From: Lingula anatina
Taxonomy: Eukaryota > Animalia > Brachiopoda
Length of the DNA stretch: 64,000 bases
Assembly: GCA_051362555.1 (NCBI GenBank)
Contig: CM120649.1
Span: 11,346,001 to 11,410,000, forward strand
Reading direction: 5' to 3'
The translations under genes and the position numbers were made by a program. Below the pieces are notes generated by a model. That model had not been told where the DNA came from and made no database searches. It was given only the letters and a program-made list of their open reading frames with translations. Shown piece by piece: positions 14,801 to 28,200 of this stretch. Positions within the stretch are counted from its first letter, which is position 1. Each line of letters opens with the position of its first letter.

Positions 14801-17800
14801 GGCAGAACGTACAGACATACATGAAGATGCATATATAAGTATAAACAGCTGAATGGATAGTCAACGTACAGATAAACAAATGAATTACTTGCTACATTAA
14901 TAAGTAGAACAAATTGAGGTGACATATTCAATTTCTCTGCTTTAAATAGAAATGTGACAAACTAGACGTATAGTGGTTAACGTACCGTTTCAGTTGGACA
15001 ATTGACTTGTTAAGTACAGTAGCAGTACATGAATTACTTTTATTGGTACTGTATTACTGACAGTAAGTATATTTACAGCGTTGGTAGTTAATATTTACCA
15101 GTTTGTCGTGCGCACTCCTCAATTGCTGATGATTGAAAAAGTAAATAAAATATAACTATACCATACTGAATAACAGTCAGTGTGTATAAGCTACATGAAG
15201 ATCCTAAATTTCATCAATAACATGACGACAATTAATGTTCATACTGGGTACATTTTAAATAGACACTATGCCGTTAAACAAAAACACTTAAGAATGTTGA
15301 CAAGTTTTCAAATGTGGTGTACAGTCCCTTTTTGCTAATGAACCATGTTAAAGGCTAACAAGGATAATCTATTTACTTACTGTTGCAGTATATAGCCATG
15401 AACCCGGCATCACCACCGGAATCATCCGCATGAAAATGAATCCACAAACCTTTTCGGTCAGACACTGGGGTCGGTATACTGTTTCCACAAGTGTGGGATA
15501 GAACGTCACCAGTTGAAGACCTTATCTGTTGGAAAATTATTTCTTTTTTTAATGTGATGATCACCACATACTGCGATACATATGCATATGAGCGATACAT
15601 ATAAGAAATTATAATTCAATGAACGTAAACCCTATGCTTTGATTGGCAAAAAAGGGTATATTCCAGTACTATTCAATGAATAAATAACAAACCGTGTAAC
15701 ACGATTGCCTACTTTTGGCACCACCCAAAAGGCACAATTTTGAGCATTAATAAATGAATATGTGGTTCTCTTCTAGATAAGAATGGGAGTATTGTTTGGA
15801 ACGAAAGAAGAAATCCATCTATTCCAAACTTGATTTGATCGTACTAAATGAAAGTCTATTTTGTTATATTTCATTATTGCCAGTGGCATGATTTAAAACT
15901 CTTTTAAAGTTATCCAGTATTACGCTGGCATTTGAATTTAATGTGCCATAGCTGTTAATTATAATTATAAGGCACTTTAAATTGTCAACCCACCTGTACG
16001 TAATCTCCCGAACAGTTGTCGCTTGAAGTCACTCGAAATGATACGAAAGCAAGTGCCACGCCCATTCCGGGTTCAGCAGGTTTAATGGTGTAGTAACAAT
16101 CAGTGCTGGGGTCGTAATTTGCCACTGGAAAGTTTGGTGTGGTGACGTAAGTGGAATTGGACTCTCCACCGCAAGTGCTTGTTACACCGCCTAAAGTATT
16201 GAATTCAATGGCATTACAATATCTCTCAATAGGGGGGCATTAAATATTTTACTCCTATACCCAAAAGGGCGCTTCTACTTTGCATTTGGTAATTTTTCTC
16301 CTTTTTATTAGCACCTTGACAGTATTCTAATAAGTATTGATTTACGACACTGTAATCATTCGTTGGCTCGTTGGAAATGGACATGCACTCTTTGACTCAG
16401 AATATATATGTCAACAAATTTTACTTTGTCGTGCCAACATTCGGAGGCATTGTATAACGTGGCGGTTGTATTTAGCAGAATCATCTCGATGTTATTGATG
16501 ACTGGGAATTAATTGAAGCGAATGACAGATGTTGAGGAGACCTTTTGCTCACAAATATGCCATGATATAAAAAGGTAATACAAAAGAAGAATTAGCAAAA
16601 TGCCCCAACCAGCTGGTAACAAGCATATACATGTACATTGCTTTAATAATCTGCTGAACACAGCAATTTATCATATAATACTATGCATTAAATGCGTTAA
16701 AATGATTTGTGACTTTTACTACCCACCTTTTAGACGACAGCTTCCTATGGCTGTGCAAAATGAAAATATGAATTGGATAAAAAGGTGGGTCAATAAAATG
16801 TATATGGCAACATAAAAGATTGAAAATGTTAAAATTGCATATTTGCATATTATCTATTACCACAACTACAGCAAATTATAAACTTACTCCTTATTACCTC
16901 TTAAAAAGTACTTTAAGGGGATAATAACTCCTCATTTTGGCAGGAAAAGTGGTATAAAACTGATTTTCCTGAGGTAGACGACGATTTTCCCATATTTCTA
17001 TGGTTAATAAATACGTTCCATACAACTTTATTCAATCGTTTTCTAAAAAGTGTTTTTTAAATAATCTCTGAAGCTATTTTTTTCGGGGGTTAACCGCCTT
17101 AGACCGTCCACGTGGTTCGATGGCAAGCACAGAGTTCAGGATTGCGATAACCGCCGTTATGGTGGTAAAATAGAACTCATTATATTGTTATGTGTTGTTT
17201 AAAATGTATTTTTGTTGAATTTTGAATCTCATATGAAGAGTTGTTATCCTTTTTACTGATCATGTTTAGAAACATTTAACAATGTAAACATTGGCTTTGT
17301 CTATCTGTCTTTTCACCATTTTCAGGTGACATGTAAAAAAATGAATATACGCATAAGTACAAAGTCATGACCAAACTCTATTAAACAGAACGTTAGGTTA
17401 ATTAACGTTTAGAATTACATATACTAAAAGTGTAAAAAGGTTTGAAATGCTTCAAAAATATCTCATATTTTAACTCCTCAAACCTGTTATTGACCTGAAA
17501 TAAGCCATACTCCATCAATTCATCAAAGTGATAATTCAGTAACATTGCTTTTTCATCGACTCTTATGTAAAGATGATTAAAAGATCGACGCAATCTATGG
17601 ACCGGTACTCACATTCGTTGTACACTGCTTTGAATCCCTTCCCTATATTTGTAGAATCAGAATGGAAGCGGACCTCCAGAAAACCCGCATGTACTGCAAC
17701 ACTGGGCGCGTTACTACCGCAGGTCCTTGGAATAAGGGTTTCCATGGTGACTGGGTTGATTACCTGTAGGTATATTTATCTACGTTTATGCATGATCAGG

Positions 17801-19153
17801 CTTGATATTTAAGGAAGGAGCCAGATTTGATAAAAGCTCGGAAACAAATGAAAAAATGTTTCAAATCTTTCTGAAATAAGTTTTATGCGTATACATGTAA
17901 CCTCAGATGTACTTAAGTTACACGGAATTATGTCAACATTAATATCGTTTTATGAAAGAATTTCTCGATTGAATTAATAAAGGCATTCGATTCTACTAGA
18001 TTAAATTTCTATCGAATAGCTTATTGCTTTAAGAGACAACTCTTTATGGAGGTAAAAATGCGAATTAACTCATTGTTTTGAAAACCCGGAACAACACTTT
18101 TTCACGTTAGATGCAACATCTCGGAAAAATTCCTGTTTATTTGTTTTATTGCATGAAATATTTAGTAATTACTTATAGATAAATGATAAATCCATGAAAA
18201 GTTCAAGAAAAACAAGAGTAGCAAGCTGCTTTAAAATCTGGAAGCATTGCACCCACCTCAACATAGTCATTACAGGCAGCATCGATATCAAACTCGTCAA
18301 TAAAGGTCAAGGTCACACATGATTCTGGGTTATAGGGCGCTATATTGTACTTGCAGTTAGTGTTATATGTGTATCCATAAGGATAAAAAGGTGACGTGAT
18401 TTCTCCACTGCTATTAAGAAAAGTGGACTCTCCGCATGGGTTATCTGCAATAGCACAATACCATAAGTTTTACCATGAGTGCCAAACCGTTATGTAAAAA
18501 AAATCCAGAAAATTTGAACGTGTTTCTCTTGTTATCAATTAACCAAGGCGTATCATATCCCAATCGTTAACAAAATTACGATACATTAACTCGCATGTGA
18601 ATTCTAGACTTTTGAAGCACTTAAGTAATATAAAGGTAGACTGGTGAACATCGTGGCGGTAAAAATTAGAAATTTCAATTAAAAATTATCAACTGCAAAT
18701 TTTCAACTGATCAGGGTGGAACATAATTTGATGAATAAGAGAAATTTTATGACTTTTCCGAGAAAATATCTTTAGGCTATTATAAAAAAAACTACGGATA
18801 AATGAAGCATATAACTCATGAAAGCAATATGTAATTGAAAACACCCAAGTCACAGACATACAACGTGCCTTAGACTGTAGAACAGACTGTAGGTAGACTA
18901 TGGGTTAGAAGCAAACATATATTTACATTTATGAGGCAGGAGTTTGTTGTTAATTATTTATACTAATTCCTGTTGAAACTTGGCTGATTAAATTAACAAA
19001 AGTATAATAAAGAAAAGGAACAATACGTAAGTTTTTTAACGTCAACTAGAGAACAGAAAGTGAGAAGAAAACAATGTTTTTTTTTCTCATACTTTCGAGC
19101 AATCACAAGGCTGAAGAGATCAAGTAACACGGAGAGTGATTTTTTTCTTTTGA

Positions 19154-19207
<54 letters not shown>

Positions 19208-22200
19208 TTTATTTCATTTTATTTATCAATTAATTAATTTATTTATTTTTTTGCCAAGTGGCTACTATTTAAATTCTATCTGTCTTAGTTAGCACTATAC
19301 GCAACCCAGTCTTCTCCTTTTTGGATATTATAGCAGCATTAGGACCCAGCTATAGTACTTCATTCATTAGTAACCTGCTAGACTGTACAAGATTTGGCAA
19401 TGGAATTGGAAGCTGGAAATTTCAGACGAGTCGCCAAAAATGAAATAAAAAAAAATAGAACTAAAAATGATTTTAAGGATCTATGTACCCTCATTGGTTT
19501 TTGATTTGGTAAATATACCTCGATGGTTTTGGGAAAGTTGTTGAAGTTCCCAGCACGTTGTTTGTCTTTAAACACTCGTTTAATAAAATTTATTAAAATT
19601 GTAAGGCAAATAATTAGCTATATTTGTATTCATATAAATATAAAGGGGGATAAAATACGGGCTCTGTACCGACCAGTGACAAGAATATAAACGCTATAAA
19701 ATACAATGATTAACTAAATCTACATTTCAGGTTTATATAAATTATTTATAGTACGTAAATAGGAAGAAAAACACGTTAACAATAACCTTCAAAGACATGA
19801 AGTAAGGATATTTACCTATCAATTCTTGGCACTCTTCACTGGCTAGCATTCCAAGTGAGAATTGAGTAAAATCAAAATTAATTACAAAAAATTTTTACAC
19901 AATGGAAAACGTCCCAAAGTTCGCAGTTAATATAAGTGTCAAAATTGTGTATAAGAATTTATTACACAAAAAACACCCCAAAGATCGTAACCTTTATGGT
20001 ATATTTCAAAATATCAAAATCGATGCAAAGTATTAAACTGACACAGACAATGGCAAAAAATCCCTCAGAAAAGAGTCTGGTACTTAGAAGCATTCTCGAT
20101 AGTTCTTATACTCACATATACTTGAATTTGACAAATTACTAAATGTTCCTTCAAAATGAGATGAGATGAATTCGATCCTTGATTAATCTTAGACCCCATT
20201 CCCAGAGATAAGATCGATCCAAACTAGATCGACCTAACTCCCTGGGGGTTCACGCGAAATAGCTGTCAGCCGAGCGGGCACGAAAGTTAATTACCCCCTT
20301 ACAGCTTGTAGTAGGCGAGACGGACATTTAAGCCGGATTATTTGACAGTAATCTAGTGAGACTCCCCACGGGGATAGATCGAACTAAAATCTATGGGAAT
20401 AGGCCCTTACTTACAGTTACAGTATATGGCCAGAAATCCATTACCGACCACCCCGCCATCTGTGTGGAAGTGGATCCACATGCCATTTGGGTCATAGACT
20501 GGACTAGGTACATTCGAACCACATCTCTTTAACAATTCATTCCCTGATGCTGACTCGCTTCTAATCTGTCCAATAAAATGTACTTATAACAGATGATCAT
20601 CATAATAATAAGAAGAAAAGAAAATACCCAGACGAGTGCTTTAACGCGCTGTGTGAGAATAGAGAAATTTATTTTTGAACTTCAAGTATCGATCTGCTCA
20701 CATCAAATAAAATAATTTACATATTTTTATAGATTATAATACTACATGCATGACTATAAAATAATACCTGAACATAGTCATAACCACAACTGTCATCGTT
20801 TTCTAAATCAAACGTAACAAAAGCGAGTGCCACGCCCCCTCCCGGCAACAGGGGTGTAATGGTGTAGTAGCAGTCAGTATTGTCGACATACTGCAGCGGG
20901 TAGCTAGGACTGGTGATGACGCCGGAATCGAAAACTTCCCCACACGAACTTGTGACGAGAAAGTCTATAAAACGATAAAAACTTTCCATTGCTAATATAT
21001 TATGGTAATTATACATTTATACATTTATATTAATCTAAAACAACGTTTCTTTAAAGGCGTCGAGTCAAAATTGTATTATACACATACGTTCTTCTTCATA
21101 ACACATATTTAAAATAATTTTAGAAGCATTAAACGTTAAACAACATAATTTGATTTTTGTCGCAAGCTTTTAAAAGAAACGCATGTTGGTTAAAATCGAA
21201 TATGTTAAGGATATGCATACAATAAATAACTAATACATTACAGACATTAAAATTATGAGTCATGGTTATGAAACTTGGGACTGCTGACGGAATTAACCCT
21301 TGAAATATCTTACTCCCTTTAAAAGCTAACAGTCATTGATATCTATTTGTCCATTATCAAATGATATTTGTATTTATATGATGCATAATCGACGTACACT
21401 TTCGTTGCATATGAGATGTATCCATAAGACAATACGTTGGATTTCAAGTCCACGTGATTTTATTTATTTATTTGCAGCTATTCACCGATAGCAATGCTAG
21501 AGGTAATAAAACAAACTACTAGTGTCTGTTTTCAAATTCACTGTAACAGGTTCCACAAAACGGTTGATATTCCTGGCTTGAGTTACGATTATTTAAACAA
21601 TGTCCAAGTAACTGTTGTATTTAACCAGATAATAGGCGCATAGAGTTTTATGCCCTGTATGGTGAATATGTGCAACAAGTAAGGTCTTACTATTACATGT
21701 ATGTACATTTTATGACTCTTGCTCTGGCGTGTTAAGTAGCAATTCAATTCTGTCCTTCAGAATTGAAGGGTGATAATATCCTTGCATATCTTTAAGAATC
21801 GTTTTATACTCCGATATTATTTGTGCGCTTGGTCAGTTTGCAATCATAGCATTGCTTTCTATTGCAATGTTCCAAGTGTGTGCGCATATACGGCCAAATA
21901 GCTTTTTATAATAAGTTATTGCATTTATATTGTAGTTATCAGAACAGTCCGATTCTAGTTCAAATTCTCCCACAAAGGACAAGGCGACACAGGATTCCGG
22001 ATCACCCGGTGTTATAATGTACTAACACTTAATATTATCAGGGTAAGCTATTGGATAAAATGGCGACTTTATCCCTCCGGTACCAGCAATAAAATTGCCG
22101 CCACCGCATGGATTATCTGGAAACGTTGATATAGAAGGCAGAACGTACAGACATACATGAAGATGCATATATAAGTATAAACAGCTGAATGGATAGTCAA

Positions 22201-25200
22201 CGTACAGATAAACAAATGAATTACTTGCTACATTAATAAGTAGAACAAATTGAGGTGACATATTCAATTTCTCTGCTTTAAATAGAAATGTGACAAACTA
22301 GACGTATAGTGGTTAACGTACCGTTTCAGTTGGACAATTGACTCGTTAAGTACAGTAGCAGTACATGAATTACTTTTATTGGTACTGTATTACTGACAGT
22401 AAGTATATTTACAGCGTTGGTAGTTAATATTTACCAGTTTGTCGTGCGCACTCCTCAATTGCTGATGATTGAAAAAGTAAATAAAATATAACTATACCAT
22501 ACTGAATAACAGTCAGTGTGTATAAGCTACATGAAGATCCTAAATTTCATCAATAACATGACGACAATTAATGTTCATACTGGGTACATTTTAAATAGAC
22601 ACTATGCCGTTAAACAAAAACACTTAAGAATGTTGACAAGTTTTCAAATGTGGTGTACAGTCCCTTTTTGCTAATGAACCATGTTAAAGGCTAACAAGGA
22701 TAATCTATTTACTTACTGTTGCAGTATATAGCCATGAACCCGGCATCACCACCGGAATCATCCGCATGAAAATGAATCCACAAACCTTTTCGGTCAGACA
22801 CTGGGGTCGGTATACTGTTTCCACAAGTGTGGGATAGAACGTCACCAGTTGAAGACCTTATCTGTTGGAAAATTATTTCTTTTTTTAATGTGATGATCAC
22901 CACATACTGCGATACATATGCATATGAGCGATACATATGAGAAATTATAATTCAATGAACGTAAACCCTATCCTTTGATTGGCAAAAAAGGGTATATTCC
23001 AGTACTATTCAATGAATAAATAACAAACCGTGTAACACGATTGCCTACTTCTGGCACCACCCAAAAGGCACAATTTTGAGCATTAATAAATGAATATGTG
23101 GTTCTCTTCTAGATAAGAATGGGAGTATTGTTTGGAACGAAAGAAGAAATCCATCTATTCCAAACTTGATTTGATCGTACTAAATGAAAGTCTATTTTGT
23201 TATATTTCATTATTGCCAGTGGCATGATTTAAAACTCTTTTAAAGTTATCCAGTATTACGCTGGCATTTGAATTTAATGTGCCATAGCTGTTAATTATAA
23301 TTATAAGGCACTTTAAATTGTCAACCCACCTGTACGTAATCTCCCGAACAGTTGTCGCTTGAAGTCACTCGAAATGATACGAAAGCAAGAGCCACGCCCA
23401 TTCCGGGTTCAGCAGGTTTAACAGTGTAGTAACAATCGGTGCTGGGATCGTAATTTGCCACTGGAAAGTTTGGTGTGGTGACGTAAGTGGAATTGGACTC
23501 ACCCCCACAAGTGCTTGTAACACCGCCTGCAGAAATGTATTTCATGACTTTAGAACATCTCAACGAGAGGGATTTTTTATATGATATGGATGATTTTTTA
23601 TTGTTAGTTCCCTTTTCGTATTTGTCACTTCCTTTGACAAAATTCAGACGAGCCTTATTTTACGACCCTGTTATAATTTATTTGTTCGTTGTAAATGAAT
23701 ATACCTAACCAAATATGATTATAATTTTCGATTGGTATTTGAAATATGTGTCAACAAACTACATGTTGTCGTTTTAACATACCGGTGTGATGATGTACTG
23801 TTAAATAAGGTGGTTATCATTCAGCGGCGGAAGGGTGTCATAGAAGTATAAAACATTTTCTTTAAACTGTTAATTTAACCGTTTCCATTATATGAAAACA
23901 CTAAGAATTAACGCTCCCACAGTAGCTAGTTATCAGCTGAACTCATCTGATAAAACAATATCTGAAATGTATTAAAATTGTTTTTCCTTACCCACCTTTT
24001 AGACGACAGTCTCCAATTGCTGTGCAAAAATGAAAGTATAAATTGGATGAAAAATCTTCATGCGCTTATTAACAGATAAAAATGGGAAATCTTGAAATTG
24101 CAAATTTACATACCATTCATTACAACAAAAAAACAGAAAAACATTTGTTGAGAATACATTGGTTTAATGTTTTTAATGTAATCTTTTTAAATTAGTTATA
24201 TGTATGGTGTTGTTTATTGATATGGCATTAAATTTCTCCCTCTCCAACGTTTTCTGGTAGCATATAAAAATAAATAAATGACAATGACAAGATCAAATGC
24301 AAAACCGAAAGCTAGAAAACTTAATATCCGATATGTGATATTTTGATTCATAAATTTGAGACAAGCCATAATCACCGACTTCAAAAACTTGATAAAAACA
24401 TGATCAAAAAATTGTTTCTTTGAACTCTAAATGTGTTGTTTCTGTTATTCATAATATTTCGGTCCGTCATCAATGAAGATAAAGTAGAGTTATCAATGGC
24501 CTAGCTAGGTCGAAACATTGCAACTCACTACTGAAAATACTGCTACGTTTAGTCTCTTTAAAATAATTATATCTTTACCAATATGATGATTTTTAAAAAT
24601 ATGTATCGATCTCAAAGTCTATCGGTCAGTACTCACATTCATGGTACACTGCTTTAAATCCCTTCCCTATATTTGTAGAATCAGAATGGAAGCGGACCTC
24701 CAGAAAACCCGCATGTACTGCAACACTGGGCGCGTTACTACCGCAGGTCCTTGGGATAAGGGTTTCCATGGTGACTGGGTTGATTACCTGTGAATACATT
24801 GACCCATGTTTATACATGATCAACTTCAATAGCTTTAAGGGAAGAGCCAGACTGGATATGCCGCGGGGACAAAAATACAAAAAAATCAATTCATACAGGT
24901 TTATAAACATCTCGAATGTACTCAAGTTTCACATAAAATACAATTTACCAGTGTGTTTACGTTAACAGTTTTGTGTGACTAAAATTATTTCGAATATATT
25001 CATCGTGTTTAAAATACACATGTAACAACACTTTTAACATGTTAGAGGCAACATCTCAGATTAGGAAATTTCCATAGTGTCTCCATGATTCATTTTATTT
25101 CATAACCTGTTAAATATATACATATCCGCATCATTATACCAAAAAAATTGACAGAACTAACAAGCTGCTACAAAATCAAGATTTTAATTATTGCACCGAC

Positions 25201-28200
25201 CTCAACATAGTCATCACAGTCAGCCTCGATGTCAAACTCGTCCACAAAGGTCAATGCCACGCATGATTCTGGGTTATAAGGCGCTATATTGTACTTGCAG
25301 TCAACGTTTTTAGTGTATCCATACGGATAAAAAGGTGACGTGATTTCACCACTGCCATCAAGAAAAGTGTACTCTCCGCAAGGGTTTGCTGTAATAACAG
25401 AAGTTAATAACTCACACAATGAGCATTGAACCTTAACATAACTTTGTATTGAGTTATTTGAAATAAACATATGAGACATTTTCTGAGACGTTCGACACCT
25501 TACTCGCTACCTGACAAGTTGCAGCTTTTCTTTTTTAGTAAATAATGAACTAGATCGATGGAAGAGTGTAACATGGTGTCGAAGGTTTAAAATTTAGCCT
25601 ATTTATGCTTTAGTGTGGGGACAGATAAATCTAATAATTATTATTTTTACTTTTAAAGTCGCTAGACTGATGTTCCACGTGGACAAAAATAATTCTTCCA
25701 CTCTCTTTTCATAAAATGAAAATTTTAAATGGACCTATATAATGCGAATGAGTGCACAGCATAAACAATATTCATAAACAATATTCTCCAAATACATGAA
25801 AAAGGATATTTACCAATCAATTCTTGACACTCATCGGTGGCTGGCATGTAAAGTAAACGTAAAGATAGTTAATATCAGTATCAAAATGATCAACAAGAAT
25901 CTATGACACAAGAAAACGCTCGAAAGTTTACAGTGGTGATTGTTATTTTCACAGTATGACAACTGATGCAAGTGATTTAACTAGTATGGGCAATGCCAAA
26001 AAAAAAAAAAAAAAAAAAACTGATTAAGTCATGATCATCAGTTTTGGTACTTTAACTATTCCCTAGAGTATTTACACGCATATATACTTAAACCTGCATA
26101 TACATAAGTGAACATTTGTTATTAATGAGATCAATTCGGTCCTTGATCAATCTCACTTACAGCGACAATAAATGACCTGGAAACCTATATCGACCGTCCC
26201 GCCATCTGTGTGGAAGTGGATCCACAGGCCATTTGGGTCATAGACTGGACTAGGCACACTGGAACCACACCTCTTTAACAATTGATTTCCTGATGATGAC
26301 TCCCTTCTTATCTATTCAAAAAGATTTTTTGTGATAACAACATGTAACAAGAAGAAGAAAAAGAAGAAGAGAAGATGAAGAACAAAATAACCGGACGAGT
26401 GCTTTGGCGTGCTGTGTTTAAGTTGGGAAAATGCTCCTACAGCTTAAGATTCTGACATCTCCTCGCAACTTTATTTAAAACTTACATCTTCTTTTTCTGA
26501 ATCTTAACACGCAAGTCTTGTTTACTATCACATGGATATAAAATAATACCTCAACATAGTCGTCTTGACAGCTGCCATTGTATTCTAAATCAAACGTAAC
26601 AAAAGCAAGTGCCACGCCCCTTCCCGGCAGCAGGGATGTTATGGTGTAGTAGCAGTCACTATTGTCGGCATACTGCAGCGGGTAATTAGGACTGGTGATG
26701 ACGCCGGAATCGAAAACTTCTCCACAGGAACTTGTGACGAGAAAGTCTATAAAAAAGATGAATGCATGTCATTTGACATAGAAATAAAAGAAAGGTACTG
26801 TATGTAATGATAATTTTCCGTTCAGATATTAAATCAATTTCCAATGTAATCTTTGTCACGAGCTCTTAAAATGAACATGTTAGATACATAATTAAAAGCA
26901 TCTGAAAATGTACATGCAAATTTTACTAATTAATATTGAAGTTATAAGTCACAATTTAATTTTGAATCCGCTCACGGGATGCAACTCTGTCCCTGCCGGT
27001 AACATTATTCTTGTTAGGTTAAATTAGGTTAAAAGGAAAAACCAGATATCAATACTAATTTGAAGTACCTGTGCGTCCCTGTGAATTAAATAAAAAGTCT
27101 TTTATGCAAAGTGCACATTAAACAAACACCAACCTTTTCCCCTTACTTTTCATATACCTCTCAGCCAATTTATCCAATTTATAATTGAATGATTTTTAAT
27201 CTTTTTTTTTTTTTTTGTAGTTATATATTCATTTATTTACCATCAAACGATATCTCTACTTATACGAAGCAGCATAAAAAAGCACTCTCGCTAGAAAAAT
27301 ACTCAAAAATGTAATAATTTTCTTTTATATTAGCATTTCATAGTAGCAGTAGGAAAGTTACATGTGTTTATATGAGCATTCTATAGTAGCTATCCATAGG
27401 AAAGTACGAAAGCCACATGTGTTTCTATACTAAAAGTAATAACATGCACAACTAGTAGTTTCAATGTTTAACTTCACTGTGACACTTTCACAAACCAGTT
27501 GATATACCTGGCTTAGGTCACGCCTGTGAAACAATGGCCAAGTAACGGGAGAAGAAATATTGAGTATTTGCGCAATAAATGCTTAGATGTTTACATGCAT
27601 AACCTATGTGGCCCATCTACGTAGAATAAAAGGTCACATATGAACATTTATGTTTATGTCAATGCCGCGTGCAGGTGCTAATTCTGCCCTGCAAATTAGA
27701 AAGCTGTCGAGTCGCTTTTTTAATGCATTTCACTGTAATGCTCAGCTTTGTCCAAACCACAACGTTGTTTTGTTGAAAAGTTCCATAGCAAGTGCGAATG
27801 TAAATACAGTTTTTGAGGGTTTTATTACCTTTTGTAGAATAATGATAAAATTAATCGTTCCTTACCTTCTTAGTATGAAGCATAGCATTTCGAACATATT
27901 CATAAAAGACCTTAGTCACATGACTGACTTCTGGAATTCGTAAATACGAGTCAGTCATGTTACAGTGGCCCTTTACGGATGGGTCGAAACGCCATGTCTT
28001 GCAGGTTGGATATATGTCCTTTTTAAAAAACAAATAATTTTATTATCATACAATGTATGTATATATATATGTATTGTTTCTTACCTGGCATTTGACAATC
28101 CTTTGTTGCTGCAAAATGAATTAATTACGTTTTAGAAACGGAAGGTGATACTATTAAAATGTTCAAGATACATGTACACTAAACAACGAGGTCCTGCCTT

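Larger units (their letters stand above)
8714..23389. repeat. Recent direct tandem duplication, two near-identical ~7.3 kb copies (about 8714-16053 and 16022-23389)
   Basis: Collinear throughout introns and exons with offset 7308-7337; only scattered substitutions, small indels and an (ATT)n length change. Confidence 0.96.
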
